Shown here: positions 7,410 through 18,233 of the stretch, one piece after another
How positions within the stretch are numbered: the first letter of the stretch is position 1
Layout: every line of letters starts with the position of its first letter
IMG/VR virus record: IMGVR_UViG_3300037483_000040
Coordinates: 1-45,310 of that record
Strand: one strand, 5' to 3'
Length of the DNA: 45,310 nt
Source: a virus
Taxonomy: Duplodnaviria > Caudoviricetes
Notes under the pieces: model-generated
Database searches by the model: none
What the model saw: only the letters and a program-made list of their open reading frames with translations
Told to the model about the DNA's origin: nothing
Position numbers and translations under genes: made by a program

Positions 7410-8423
7410 CTAGCGACGATCCTTGATATCAAACAGATCCCAGAAGTTCTCATCAGCATCAACGCCAGCATCTGGATCACTGTTGACAAACACAACATTG
7501 CCTGCTTCATCTCTCAGCTCAGGCACACCGTAAAAGGCGAACTTCAAGATCTCCTGACCATATACGCGCCTCATTGTCCAGTCGCCGAAAGTCTGGAGAG
7601 CAACGTTCTCGAAGCCATCCTCTTCGCCAATCCCTGCAGAAACAAGACGCTGACGGAGATTCGGCGTAGTACGCGTATCGACGTGAATGATGGTGCTCTT
7701 CATTTCATCTTCCTCCTGGGCTGGCAAAGACTGCGAAGGAGTTCCTAGCAATGCATCTAGGTTCTCCTGACTAGTGATGTTGAGATCGATCCTGCTACCA
7801 TAACCAAACATGGTGCCATTAGAGGTATACTGCCAAACCTCAGGGACTCTACTGCCGTTGTAAGCAGGCTTGTGAATGACAAATGGATCGGGATTGACAT
7901 CTCTGCTGGTATAAGAAGGCATCCACCACGGACAGGAAGCAAGACGCCAGTCGTTTGCAATAGCAGGAACACTAGGGCTACCAGCAGGGAAATAAGCACC
8001 GGCGTATAGGACCGTATGAATGTGCTTCCCAAGAGCAGCAGCGCGAGAACAGAAGATTTCTGCCCACTCAATCGTACCCTCCCGATTGAGCTCAGTGTCC
8101 TCTAGGTCAAGACAGCCTGGGAGAGGACCGCTCATGCCTCCACAATGAACAAACCACTCAGCTTCATTGAGAGCATCTGCGCGCCAATTCGGTCCATTAG
8201 GTCGAGCGAAGTGATAACCGCCCCACACAATGTTGGTCTTACGTGCTTCAGCAACGTTACGGTACCACTTGGGATCTACGTAGCCTTTGCCCGTTTGAGG
8301 ATCCCAACCGCCCTCACTTGTCTTGATCCAGGCAAACTTAACGCCTCTACGCTCGATAGCATGCCAATCAATATCACCCTGACGCATCGAGACATCAATA
8401 CCTAGAACAGGGTTATTATACAA
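7410..8423 (-). CDS. endolysin, GH25 muramidase
   Basis: GIDVS, IKTSEG, GGYHFARP, LDLE, WQYTS and IDLN motifs of GH25. Confidence 0.92.
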   Translation of the reverse strand: MYNNPVLGIDVSMRQGDIDWHAIERRGVKFAWIKTSEGGWDPQTGKGYVDPKWYRNVAEARKTNIVWGGYHFARPNGPNWRADALNEAEWFVHCGGMSGPLPGCLDLEDTELNREGTIEWAEIFCSRAAALGKHIHTVLYAGAYFPAGSPSVPAIANDWRLASCPWWMPSYTSRDVNPDPFVIHKPAYNGSRVPEVWQYTSNGTMFGYGSRIDLNITSQENLDALLGTPSQSLPAQEEDEMKSTIIHVDTRTTPNLRQRLVSAGIGEEDGFENVALQTFGDWTMRRVYGQEILKFAFYGVPELRDEAGNVVFVNSDPDAGVDADENFWDLFDIKDRR

Positions 8424-8437
8424 ATCAGCCTCCTGGG

Positions 8438-9181
8438 CTAATAGGCCACCCTAATAACTGATAGAAACGTCTTAGCAGGTCCTCCTTTGATGTTTAGATT
8501 CCCTCCAGAGTTTTGAACGAATGCCATTTCTAGATAGTCATTAGGCGAAAGGTACAAGGGAATCGTGAACCAAACCACAGAGTCAATTAACCCATTAGGC
8601 GCAGTGTCAAAGGGTTGTACAAGCATTGTGTTGTTCAACATTAACCCATTGCCACGCTGACCTGCACCATTAGCTTCGAACGTAGACTGACCGTGAATGA
8701 TGTACAAACCCTCACGCAGAATGGTGAGCCTAGTGTTGTTGGTAACACTGCTATGTGTGACTAGTTCCTTGTACTCTTCAGTCCAAACACTATCGAATGC
8801 ATACTTAACACCAGGAGTAGTGTTAGTAGCAACTAGTACATCAGTATTCAACCAAACCTTACATCGGGGTTGAGTGGGATTGGGTACACCAATAGCTATA
8901 GGTGTGGCACCAGGCTCAGGCGTGAGAGCCCATACTAGCTCACCTATCTCAGGATGCTGCGCACCAGCCCAACCGATATATACGACTCCAGCTATATCAG
9001 TAGTTGTACCAATCTTACGAATCGTCAGACTCGATGTGAAGACATCTATGACCTCGACCAGTTCGATGTTAGGCTTATCATTGAGCTGTGCCTGAAGATC
9101 TCGAACTCTACGCGTAACGCCCTTAGTGTTGACTGTAGGAGTACCAATAGGATACTGTGTAGGAAGGTTCGCGTCAGGCAA
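8438..9181 (-). CDS. minor tail / receptor-binding protein
   Basis: Last gene of the tail module; beta-rich C-terminal domain (GLYIIHGQ...YLSPNDYLEM). The TTG start at 9181 overlaps the upstream stop. Confidence 0.65.
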   Translation of the reverse strand: MPDANLPTQYPIGTPTVNTKGVTRRVRDLQAQLNDKPNIELVEVIDVFTSSLTIRKIGTTTDIAGVVYIGWAGAQHPEIGELVWALTPEPGATPIAIGVPNPTQPRCKVWLNTDVLVATNTTPGVKYAFDSVWTEEYKELVTHSSVTNNTRLTILREGLYIIHGQSTFEANGAGQRGNGLMLNNTMLVQPFDTAPNGLIDSVVWFTIPLYLSPNDYLEMAFVQNSGGNLNIKGGPAKTFLSVIRVAY

Positions 9182-10310
9182 GGATGAACCTCTCTCTTGT
9201 ATCGCACTCCATTGCACGCTTAGCAGTCAACGGGATTGTAAGATTATCGAGAGAGAAATAACCCAATATCTCTGAACGCTCACGAGTCACACTTACAACA
9301 TCGCCATCATGTAGACAAGGATTCACCAATGCATTGAAGTGAACGTGTTCTGTATGACCTAGATGAGAATATAGCAGAGCTTGTGCAGTCATTACACACT
9401 GTGCAGAGTCTCTAAACATATTGGAGCTAAAGAAGAACGGAATGTCTCCCATAGGTCCATAGATGTTCAGAGGATGATCTGTATCAGATATGAACGCTTC
9501 GCCCCATACAGGAGTCGTTCCATCGGTAGGCTGACTATAGCAGACTACGTGATTGTACGTATCATCTGCTGTTAGGTTCCTTCTGGTGCTAAGTACAGTT
9601 GACAGAGCACCCTCATCGAAGTTCCAAACAACATCATCGATCTTAGGGTCGCCTTGCTCTAGAGCATCAAGGAAGACCATGCCTTGATGATCGAAGTACA
9701 GATCCAATCCAGCTGCTCTAGCCCACTTGACTGCCATCTCCCAAGGATCATCAGTTCTATCGATAACCGAATCAGGTACTGTGAGAGTAGGACGAACAGT
9801 AGAGAAGTCAACGCCGAATTCGATATCAGGATAACGAAGAGTGAGTAGATCTTCCAGAACACTCCACAGGAGCGAGCCTGAGCTGTAAGTCAAGGGTTGT
9901 GTCACTCTACTACGCGACACTCGATAACCCCTATCAGCAAGCTTGATAGTGATAGCCAGGTCAGATCCAGAATCAGTAATCTCACTACCAACGATTCTAT
10001 ACGCTCCTACTTGGCAAAGCGAATCACGTCCAAGCTCAGGAACGTAAGCACCTCTATATAGGAATACCTCATTACCACTAAGAGGGTGTAGAAGGTCCGT
10101 TAGATCACGTGGCACCAATGATCCTGTAGGGTCACTTAACTTTGCATCAGCGGTACGTCGAAACTTCTGTGTAGAGTCATTACGAACATTACCATCGATG
10201 ACCGATAGCTCGAAGATAGGATCCTTCTGGTTAGCTACCACTACAGCCTTAGTAGCAACCTTATGACTCTGCTGGAGCGTGTTCATAAGCTCCGGTTCAG
10301 CGGAAATCAT
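9174..10310 (-). CDS. minor tail protein (baseplate hub/Tal-like)
   Basis: Position after the distal tail gene; YNHVV and NPCLHDGDVV motifs typical of actinophage hub proteins. Confidence 0.75.
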   Translation of the reverse strand: MISAEPELMNTLQQSHKVATKAVVVANQKDPIFELSVIDGNVRNDSTQKFRRTADAKLSDPTGSLVPRDLTDLLHPLSGNEVFLYRGAYVPELGRDSLCQVGAYRIVGSEITDSGSDLAITIKLADRGYRVSRSRVTQPLTYSSGSLLWSVLEDLLTLRYPDIEFGVDFSTVRPTLTVPDSVIDRTDDPWEMAVKWARAAGLDLYFDHQGMVFLDALEQGDPKIDDVVWNFDEGALSTVLSTRRNLTADDTYNHVVCYSQPTDGTTPVWGEAFISDTDHPLNIYGPMGDIPFFFSSNMFRDSAQCVMTAQALLYSHLGHTEHVHFNALVNPCLHDGDVVSVTRERSEILGYFSLDNLTIPLTAKRAMECDTRERFILA

Positions 10311-12580
10311 ACGATTGTAGGCCTATCTACTTCGATGGCACCAAGAGCCACAATGAAGTATCCTGAAGCAATCGTACCTCGTTCATCCTTCCAACTATTG
10401 AAGAACAGATAGCGCTGATGCGTAGCACTAGTTTGGACTAGAACAACTTGCTGCGCATCATAGATCGCCTTCAGGTTATCATAGTCAGTCTGGGTAATAC
10501 ACTCAACCTGGAGTGTCTGCTCTACGCCCTTAGTACCATCAGAAACAACTACCTTGCGAGGGCGTCCTAGAGGACTAAAGGCCGCAGTCTCTGCAGGGAT
10601 ATTAGCATCCCATGACCCAGGGAGAAGTTGGAAGGTCTTGTTCAGTGTAGGTATGAGTACAGTCTTGAACCACCAGGTATAGGGAGCAGCGATAGTCCAA
10701 CCACTACTGAATCCTACACCTTGAGTTGAAGATACAGGTGAGCCTGCAGCTAGAGTAACGGCCTCGGACGTATAGAACCTTGAAGTAGCTGGAGGCTCTT
10801 CGTAATCGTAGTACTGTGTGAAGGCTAGATTCTGGTTAGCGCCAGTACGAGCAATCGTCCAAACCTTCCCTGTGGAGTCAGTTAAGGTCGTAGACCCGAT
10901 TAGCGACCCTCTGAAGTCAGGATTAGCAACGATTGCAGCCGAGCTGTTCTGTACCTCAGCGTAGTAGACCCTGAATAGGCCCTGAGCAGTATTGTTGGAT
11001 CCGTTGATCCCTAGTACAGAAGTAGTCGAGGTCATAGTGCCTGAGCCTGTACCTGTAAAGGATCCAAGCGTTTGCCAATTAACCTTTGACGGTACAGTAT
11101 CAGGAGACTCGAAGCTATACCAGAAGTCTGTATGCCAGTTAGAAGCTGTAGTATGCTTACATCGTAGCCAGAAAGGCGTCTTGACAGCGGGCATTGTTAG
11201 AGCTGTGTTACACAGAGCTGTCTGTAGAGAGCCATTCCAGAACTCGAATTGAGGCTTATTGCTGGACATCATTCTGAGGTTCCAGCTCACACTACCTGAG
11301 GTATCATTCTTGACGATTAGGTACTCGCCACTTGGAGTCGCTTCAAATGATACAAGTAGACGAATATCGATATTACCTGTAATGGCAAGAGATGCATGAT
11401 GAGGTGTAGTGATATGGTTACCAGAGGTAGAGCCGGTGCGCATACCAGTCATCGTAGCGTCGTTGATTCCTCCACGAACGAATTCTGTTACACCATTAAC
11501 AGAATCAATCAACTTGTAGACGTTGAAGTAACTCGGATAGGGTGTAGAGCTCCATGATCCTTGTACTACCTCAATATCGATACGTGCATTGGTATTGTTG
11601 CCAACAGCAGTCATCGTAGGAGCGGAAGGAGCTGTACCATTAACCTGGAAGACAGCACTTGCCGTCCAGGAAGAAGCCATCTCCACACTGTTTACAGGTG
11701 AATGCCAAACCTTAACGTAAGCATAGTAGTTTGAAAGGTTTGTTAGGCCTTTAGGCGAGACAGTACTCTGACTAGCAGGACCAGGAACGACTCCACTATC
11801 ATATGCAGTTGATGTTGCAAGGGAAGGATCGTAACCAGATGAACCCGGAGATCTACCATAAGCATCTAGGACATCGCTCTTGACAACTACAACACGATAC
11901 TGTGACTGGATAGTATTTTCAGTATCGGCATACGTCCACTTGATAGTAGGCGTAGTGGTAAAGGTCTGACCTGCTGATAAGTCAGTAGGTTGAATGCCAC
12001 TAACAGTAGGAGGCTGATCGTAGAAGACCCTAACAAACATCTTGTACAACCTATTGAGACCAGTACCACCAGTGTACTCGGTCCAGCTGTACAAGATTCG
12101 CATGTTACTGAAGTCTATCTTGTTCCAGTCAAGATAGTCGTAACCGAACCCATTGTTGTACTGCCACGTATTGTTGAATGATACAACAACATCGCGAATG
12201 ACACTATCAGCAGGCGATGTATAGTACCAAGCACCTGCATTAGTACCAAGAGGAGTCTGAACATTTGCGAAGAGATCAGGACTCCAAGGAGATCTGTATG
12301 CACTCTTAGGTGGAGCGTACAAACCATATGAGGCAGTAGTCATTGCAGTAGCATGTGCTACGCGAATGTGCAGCTCAGCTCCTGTAACTACAGCACCGCC
12401 AGGAATAGTAGGATTGGGCATCCCCAAGATGTCAATACCAGGAACGCCAGTTTCCTCTTTGACATATGTAGCATCAGAAGCGTCTGATTCAGCTTGCCAC
12501 CTTGTAGCAGCGCCAACGATAGCTGAGACTAGGGGATAGCCACCAATGTCGCTATTGGGTGCGATGTCAACAGAGCCCAT
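10307..12580 (-). CDS. minor tail protein (distal-tail-like, with Fn3/lectin-like inserts)
   Basis: 757 aa, Ser/Thr- and beta-rich, directly after the tape measure gene; PTIKWTY..QSQYRVVV Fn3-like segment. Confidence 0.75.
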   Translation of the reverse strand: MGSVDIAPNSDIGGYPLVSAIVGAATRWQAESDASDATYVKEETGVPGIDILGMPNPTIPGGAVVTGAELHIRVAHATAMTTASYGLYAPPKSAYRSPWSPDLFANVQTPLGTNAGAWYYTSPADSVIRDVVVSFNNTWQYNNGFGYDYLDWNKIDFSNMRILYSWTEYTGGTGLNRLYKMFVRVFYDQPPTVSGIQPTDLSAGQTFTTTPTIKWTYADTENTIQSQYRVVVVKSDVLDAYGRSPGSSGYDPSLATSTAYDSGVVPGPASQSTVSPKGLTNLSNYYAYVKVWHSPVNSVEMASSWTASAVFQVNGTAPSAPTMTAVGNNTNARIDIEVVQGSWSSTPYPSYFNVYKLIDSVNGVTEFVRGGINDATMTGMRTGSTSGNHITTPHHASLAITGNIDIRLLVSFEATPSGEYLIVKNDTSGSVSWNLRMMSSNKPQFEFWNGSLQTALCNTALTMPAVKTPFWLRCKHTTASNWHTDFWYSFESPDTVPSKVNWQTLGSFTGTGSGTMTSTTSVLGINGSNNTAQGLFRVYYAEVQNSSAAIVANPDFRGSLIGSTTLTDSTGKVWTIARTGANQNLAFTQYYDYEEPPATSRFYTSEAVTLAAGSPVSSTQGVGFSSGWTIAAPYTWWFKTVLIPTLNKTFQLLPGSWDANIPAETAAFSPLGRPRKVVVSDGTKGVEQTLQVECITQTDYDNLKAIYDAQQVVLVQTSATHQRYLFFNSWKDERGTIASGYFIVALGAIEVDRPTIV

Positions 12581-15387
12581 TAACCCATACCCTCATCGAA
12601 GCCCTGCATCTGATCAGCAAGTTGAGTCATCGCCGCCTGAATACCTTCCTGGACCATTCTCTTGGTATCCTCTGTGGCGTTATCAATATTGAACTGGAAT
12701 GCACCTGACTGAACTGTAATTGAACCAGTCAACCGGGTCCCTGTCCCCGACTTACCCACAGGGCCTGAGGTGTTGATTATGCCTTGAATCGCAGGGTTGT
12801 AGGAGTTTAGCTGCTTCTCGACTCGATTCCAACCACGATCGAGGCCTTCGCCAAGGCTACCCATGACCAGCATACCGTTGTTAACAAGCAGCTTTGCATC
12901 CTTCGCAGGTGGACCCTTCAGTTCCTTGATCTTATCCGCAAGTCCACTAAGGAACCCTACGATATTCTCCCAAGCATTCTTGAGACCATTCAGGAGACTC
13001 TCAAGAATCGACTTGCCAATACCAAAGAGGTCGATACCTTGTAGGAACCCGATGATCTGTCCAGGCATACCGCTGACTGTAGTTAGAATCTGTGCAACAG
13101 AACCTGTAACGGCATTCACCATGCCGTTCCAAGCATTAGCAAGAACGTTACGAATGTTATCCCACGAGCTTCCGAAGAACCCTGCAATGGTATCAATGAC
13201 AACTCTGATGATATTCGCAATTAGCTCAATAGCAGAGGATACAATTGCGAACATTACATTCCAGGCACCTTGAAGGATGTTCTTGATGCCTTCCCAAACC
13301 TTACCCCAGTCACCCTGAATAATACCAGTGACAGTCTGAATGATGCCCTGAACAAACAGCAGAGCGCCTTCGACAATTCCCTTAATGAGATCCCAAACGA
13401 TTTGGAAGCCATCAACGATGTTATCACCAAAGGTGTCGATGATCATCTTGATGAAGCCCGTTGCGAATGTAATGATGTTCTGAATGATATCCCAAGCGAT
13501 CTGGATAATATTCCAGATCGTATTCATAGCGCTTGATACGCCTGTAGAGATTTCGTTCCAGGTATTGATAATCAGATCGCGAAGCGGAGGCCAGACAGCG
13601 TTGGTGATGTTCTGAATGATATCCCAACCAATCTGGATGATGTTCCAGATGGTTGACATCGCTTCGCTAATCCTGGTTCCGATAGCTCCAAGCAGCTCTC
13701 CAACGGCACCGATAACAGGACCAACATGTTCTGTCCACCAGTTAGCGAAGAGATTGAACTGCTCTAGGATAGACTGAACCCAATACTGAACGAAAGGAAG
13801 TGCGGTTCCTTGAAGCCATCCAACGAATTCACCAATCTTACCTGTAACCCATGTCCAGGCATTGCCGAGAGCAGGAATGGCTGTATTCGTGATCCAATCG
13901 AAGGCAGTACTAATTGCACTTCTAATTGCCTCTACACCTGTTTGTACACTACCTACGATAGGATCGAACAGTCCTGAGAAGAAGTCGACAAGCGTCGACC
14001 AGTTAGAAATGATCAGATAGCCTACAGCAACCAGTGCAAGGAAGCCAACGATAACGGCGCCGATAACAATACCTATAGACGACAACGCGACGCCTGCAAT
14101 GCTAGCGGCTGCTGCGAAGATCAGATAAAGACCTACAGCTACGAAGATAATACCTACCACTATTGACATCACCGATGCAAAGGCTACTACCTTTACGATT
14201 AGGTCTTGCATGCCTGGAGACAGACTCTCCCAAGCGTCCGCAAGGCGCATAAAGAAATCTGCGACCTTCTCGATAACAGGCATCAGCTTCTCACCAATGT
14301 TGACCTTAAGGATATCAAATCGATTACTCAGAAGCTGCAACTTAGATGCTGTAGTCTCAGACATAGTGTCATAGGCGGTACCCATAGCACCAGCAGAGTT
14401 AGCCATATCGTCAGTTAGCGACGAGAACTCTTGGAAGTTAGGAATCACCAGGTCGAAGAACCTTCGAGCCTGGATAGTTCCTTGACCGCCAAATACGTCT
14501 GTGAATGCCTGCTTTAGCTCGGGACCAGTAAGTTTGTTCCAGCCCTTATCGTTTACTAGCTGTCCAATGATATCGCGCATCTGGAGGAAGTTACCACTAG
14601 CGTCCTTGGTCTTGACGCCCATAGCCTCCAGATTCTTTGTCGTCGCAGGTCGCGCAAGAAGATCCATAGCTCTAGCAGCAGAAGTAGCTGCCATAGCAGT
14701 ACTCAGACCATTACGTGTAAGGAATGCAAGCATGCCTGACATCGACTCAAGAGACTGCCCAGCAGCGACTGCCGATGGAGTCACTCTACCAATGGTAGCA
14801 GCAAACTCCCCATAAGTGCCAACGCCCTTACGGACTAGCTGGAACTGCACATCCATCACATGGTTAACGTTCTCTACAGGTATCTTGAAGGCGTTCATAA
14901 TAGAGATAGATGAACGCGCAGCATCCTGGATGTCAACCTGTCCTGCTACAGCACCCTTTGAGAATTCTGTCAATAGCGTTTCGGCTTGACTAACATTAAC
15001 ATTCATAGATGAGAAGATATCATATAGAGACTTCTGCATCTGATCAAACGGTGCTGGGATATCATGCGCAACGCGTTTAGCTATAGCGCCAACCTGATCG
15101 ACTGTTACGCCTACTTGGTCGATCTGCGTAAGAGTAAGTGATGTCTGTCTGTTATACTCAACAGCAGCCGATGTAGCGTCAGCAAAGAACGCTACACCGG
15201 CTGCACCAGCTGCTGTAAAGGCTGCGCCAACAGCTGTTAGTCCTGCACCTACCAGTAACATCTGATTGGCAGCAGAGGAAGCACCAGATCCTAGAAGTCC
15301 GATCATCCTACTCGCATCACGGAAGATACTGGCCGCCTCGTTGCGAGCCCTCAGAATGAGTAGGATATCACGCGACCCTAGAGGCAT
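12580..15387 (-). CDS. tape measure protein
   Basis: 935 aa, Ala/Gly-rich TP901-type core with periodic Trp helical repeats; follows the tail chaperones. Confidence 0.95.
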   Translation of the reverse strand: MPLGSRDILLILRARNEAASIFRDASRMIGLLGSGASSAANQMLLVGAGLTAVGAAFTAAGAAGVAFFADATSAAVEYNRQTSLTLTQIDQVGVTVDQVGAIAKRVAHDIPAPFDQMQKSLYDIFSSMNVNVSQAETLLTEFSKGAVAGQVDIQDAARSSISIMNAFKIPVENVNHVMDVQFQLVRKGVGTYGEFAATIGRVTPSAVAAGQSLESMSGMLAFLTRNGLSTAMAATSAARAMDLLARPATTKNLEAMGVKTKDASGNFLQMRDIIGQLVNDKGWNKLTGPELKQAFTDVFGGQGTIQARRFFDLVIPNFQEFSSLTDDMANSAGAMGTAYDTMSETTASKLQLLSNRFDILKVNIGEKLMPVIEKVADFFMRLADAWESLSPGMQDLIVKVVAFASVMSIVVGIIFVAVGLYLIFAAAASIAGVALSSIGIVIGAVIVGFLALVAVGYLIISNWSTLVDFFSGLFDPIVGSVQTGVEAIRSAISTAFDWITNTAIPALGNAWTWVTGKIGEFVGWLQGTALPFVQYWVQSILEQFNLFANWWTEHVGPVIGAVGELLGAIGTRISEAMSTIWNIIQIGWDIIQNITNAVWPPLRDLIINTWNEISTGVSSAMNTIWNIIQIAWDIIQNIITFATGFIKMIIDTFGDNIVDGFQIVWDLIKGIVEGALLFVQGIIQTVTGIIQGDWGKVWEGIKNILQGAWNVMFAIVSSAIELIANIIRVVIDTIAGFFGSSWDNIRNVLANAWNGMVNAVTGSVAQILTTVSGMPGQIIGFLQGIDLFGIGKSILESLLNGLKNAWENIVGFLSGLADKIKELKGPPAKDAKLLVNNGMLVMGSLGEGLDRGWNRVEKQLNSYNPAIQGIINTSGPVGKSGTGTRLTGSITVQSGAFQFNIDNATEDTKRMVQEGIQAAMTQLADQMQGFDEGMG

Positions 15388-15388
15388 T

Positions 15389-15622
15389 CTACTTGGCCTT
15401 TGCCTTCTTCTGCTCGGCAGCTAGCTTCTCGGCTCTTACCTCGCCCACAATACCCAGAGCTCTCATCAAGAAAGGGTCTTGATCTAGAACTCCTCCTGCA
15501 TTTGGTAAAGCATGGAACGCTTCACATAGGTTATAGATCTGAATGAGCTCGAGGGTTGTACTCGGTATGCCATCAACACGCTCCATGATGACTACCGAGC
15601 GTACCTCGTTTAGGAGTTTCCC
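15389..15622 (-). CDS. tail assembly chaperone, frameshifted C-terminal part (gpT-like)
   Basis: The -1 frame from the slippery site reads ...LLNEVRSVVIMERVDG...LPNAGGVLDQD... and stays open to 15389. Confidence 0.85.
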   Translation of the reverse strand, partial: GKLLNEVRSVVIMERVDGIPSTTLELIQIYNLCEAFHALPNAGGVLDQDPFLMRALGIVGEVRAEKLAAEQKKAKAK

Positions 15623-16011
15623 TCAGCATCCTCAGACATTGGTTCATGCAGATCATTGATCAGATCACCAATCTCATTTCCAATGCGCGTATCGAGACGA
15701 GCAAGGGTTTGTGGCTTGGTGAAGTCCAGGAGCGTACCGTTCTCATCTTCAAGGTTATGCTCAACAATACAGTTCTGGAACTCATAGATCGTCACAGCCT
15801 GATTCTGCTGCTTGATATCCATATGACCCTTACGCTGACCACGCTTAGCACGGTTCTCACGCTCAGCCATCTCGATCTGCATCTGCATAGAGATATCAGC
15901 ACGATGCAACCACTTATCGTAAGACATACGACGAAGGGTGACGAATCCATCAGGAGGACACGTCTTGAGCTCATGCTTGACAGGTGTAACATCGACAACA
16001 GCCCTGGGCAT
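15610..16011 (-). CDS. tail assembly chaperone (gpG-like)
   Basis: Between the tail tube and tape measure genes; ATG at 16011 with an AAGGA SD; ends in the slippery site. Confidence 0.85.
   Translation of the reverse strand: MPRAVVDVTPVKHELKTCPPDGFVTLRRMSYDKWLHRADISMQMQIEMAERENRAKRGQRKGHMDIKQQNQAVTIYEFQNCIVEHNLEDENGTLLDFTKPQTLARLDTRIGNEIGDLINDLHEPMSEDAEGNS
15616..15622 (-). other. programmed -1 ribosomal frameshift site G GGA AAC
   Basis: An XXXYYYZ heptamer in the correct phase, one codon before the chaperone stop (GAG GGA AAC TCC TAA). Confidence 0.88.
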
Positions 16012-16024
16012 AGCTGTTCCTTTC

Positions 16025-16969
16025 TTATGGGATAGTAATGCTAGCGGCGGACTTGATGACGATACCGTAAGACTTCGAAGTAACAGTATCGTAGACACCC
16101 ATATAGCTAATGCTGGCTCGAATAAGATCAGCTTGCCCGGAAAGGCCCTGAATCTCATAAGCAGACTTAATAGCTGTAGGAACATTGAAGTTCACCTCAG
16201 CCGAGCTAGCAGTCTGAACACAGTTCAGATCGACTGCCTGAGCCGTCATAGCCTTGAAAGCATCAAAGTCCGTACGATCAATGAAATCACGATCGATTGA
16301 GAGCTCGACAGAACGCTCACCATACTTGGTGAATACAGCTGTACGGACGTTCCCGCCCTGTAGACGGAACTGCGGCTCTGCATTATCATTGATAGACAGT
16401 TCGAAGGTATCAGCATCAGTTGAAGTAACTGTAGCAAACTGAAGCTGGAACTGACCAGTAGCAGGAGGGTTGGTCGTGATATACGTCGGAGAAGGTAGAG
16501 ACTGAGAAGCCTCACCAAGACCTACAATATCAGACTCGAGGACAAGTACACCATTATCGATGGAATACTTCTGTGACGAGATCACGCACCCTGTGTAACC
16601 GAACACTGCACTATTACGAACGACAGTAATCGAGAGCGTCTGAGCAGGAACAGCATTAGCATTCGGCGCACACGTATAAGTGTAAGGACCTGCACCAGTC
16701 TTAACGATGGTTACCCTAGCAGCACGAAGGAGGAATGGCAAGGTATCGTGAGTGACCTCAACCTTAATAGATCCTGCAATACTCTGATCACCGCCAAGGA
16801 GACCAGATAGGTCAGCAATTCCCCTAAGAGGACGACGCTCGATCTGTCCTTGATCGAATTGCAGAGACTCCTCAAGGAGTGGCAAGTAGAGAGTTGGCGC
16901 AGTATATGTGCCTGAGACAGTCTCTACAGCTACACCGATGAAGCCACCTGCGCCAACACCATAAGGCAT
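16025..16969 (-). CDS. major tail (tube) protein
   Basis: 314 aa, N-terminal IGVAVETVSGT, beta-rich; precedes the chaperones. Confidence 0.88.
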   Translation of the reverse strand: MPYGVGAGGFIGVAVETVSGTYTAPTLYLPLLEESLQFDQGQIERRPLRGIADLSGLLGGDQSIAGSIKVEVTHDTLPFLLRAARVTIVKTGAGPYTYTCAPNANAVPAQTLSITVVRNSAVFGYTGCVISSQKYSIDNGVLVLESDIVGLGEASQSLPSPTYITTNPPATGQFQLQFATVTSTDADTFELSINDNAEPQFRLQGGNVRTAVFTKYGERSVELSIDRDFIDRTDFDAFKAMTAQAVDLNCVQTASSAEVNFNVPTAIKSAYEIQGLSGQADLIRASISYMGVYDTVTSKSYGIVIKSAASITIP

Positions 16970-17280
16970 TACTTGGCCTCCTCAGCCTTTCGAAGAGCCT
17001 CAGCTCGAACCTCTTCCTCTGTAGGGATGTTGATAACAAGGTTCTGTGGCTTACCACCCTTGGTAGGCCACTTATTCCCTGTAGCTTGCTCGTACAGAGT
17101 AGCCTGCACGAGATTGATCTCCTTCGACCCGCCGTTAGGGATTCCACCCAAACCAGGGATCTCGATGATCGCACCTTCTACAAAGATAGGGTGGTGGATC
17201 GTCACAGTACCAACAATAGGAACGTCGGGCTTAGTAACCTCAGAAGCCATAGCATCCCGAGGCGAATCAGTATCAGGCAT
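16969..17280 (-). CDS. hypothetical virion-module protein
   Basis: Coupled (TAATG) to the tail tube gene; AGGAGG SD. Confidence 0.7.
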   Translation of the reverse strand: MPDTDSPRDAMASEVTKPDVPIVGTVTIHHPIFVEGAIIEIPGLGGIPNGGSKEINLVQATLYEQATGNKWPTKGGKPQNLVINIPTEEEVRAEALRKAEEAK

Positions 17281-17748
17281 TTATCCTCCTAACGGTGCCT
17301 GGGATAGTGCTTCCCAGGTGATACGAGCAGCATAGATGTTATCGCCGCCGCGTCTAGCATAACCTGGTTCTAGACGAGTGACCCAACCCTTGATCAGGCG
17401 CTGAGCGCCAACACCATCAGGCCACTGAGGATCCTCGTTTAGGATCTTCACAACCTCTTCAGCAAACTGATCTGCAGCAAGTCGTGATGCTTCTGGATCG
17501 CCTCGACGTCCATAGTACACCATAATGTAAGCTGCATAGGATGCTTTGTCAACAAGGAAGGGAGTAACATTACTCTTCTTGTCAACCATCTCGATAGTGA
17601 TTGCAGGCAAGTGCGCCAGCGAGTCCCTGTCTCCGTACAACACATCCACAGGGCCCAAGCTCGGAGGACTTGGAATGTCAGGAGTATCAGCAATGAGCTT
17701 AGTCTGGATCATCAGGGCTGCTTCAGAATTGGTCTTAATAAGAGCCAT
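17281..17748 (-). CDS. tail terminator / completion protein
   Basis: Size and position; LPAITI motif. Confidence 0.65.
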   Translation of the reverse strand: MALIKTNSEAALMIQTKLIADTPDIPSPPSLGPVDVLYGDRDSLAHLPAITIEMVDKKSNVTPFLVDKASYAAYIMVYYGRRGDPEASRLAADQFAEEVVKILNEDPQWPDGVGAQRLIKGWVTRLEPGYARRGGDNIYAARITWEALSQAPLGG

Positions 17749-18233
17749 CAGAAATCACCAGCACTGAATGAACTCGTGAAGACCCCGAAGCCGTGACTTC
17801 CAAGCTTTTCACCAATCCACTCAACCATAGTCTCTTCGGCCTTATCTTCATCCTCAGGTGTGATACTTGCCCACTCACGCTGAGGCATCCTACGTGTACC
17901 TTCCTGATGATAGATACCGTAGTCAGCTCCAGCAGCACCGCTAAACTGCGCAGTATCATTATCGATGTTCCAACTAGACATTGCTTGAGATCCGCTGTAC
18001 AATCGACCTGTAGCAATCAAAGGCTCTGCATTACCCTTAATATGGACTGTATCAATACTTAGTGGAGGCCATGCAGGTCTACCACCGACTTGAAAGTTCG
18101 TAGCAAATGCAGGCTGAATCACTTTGCGGATGATCAGCTCTAGTGCTTCTGATAGGTTGTCTAGATCGTCTCCGAAGTCAGATAGATCAGCAGCTACGCC
18201 AAAGTCCTCGAAGTCTAGACTGAACATAGACAC
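17748..18233 (-). CDS. virion morphogenesis protein (Mu gpG / tail completion S-like)
   Basis: GRPAWPPLS, LIATGRL and YGIYHQEGTRRMPQR motifs. Confidence 0.85.
   Translation of the reverse strand: MSMFSLDFEDFGVAADLSDFGDDLDNLSEALELIIRKVIQPAFATNFQVGGRPAWPPLSIDTVHIKGNAEPLIATGRLYSGSQAMSSWNIDNDTAQFSGAAGADYGIYHQEGTRRMPQREWASITPEDEDKAEETMVEWIGEKLGSHGFGVFTSSFSAGDF

Noticed and set aside
13440-13670. Duplicated segment in the tape measure gene (AMSTIWNIIQIGWDIIQNI / AMNTIWNIIQIAWDIIQNI)
   Set aside because: Ordinary Trp-periodic tape measure repeats, not a DGR template/variable pair. No reverse transcriptase is present in the window.
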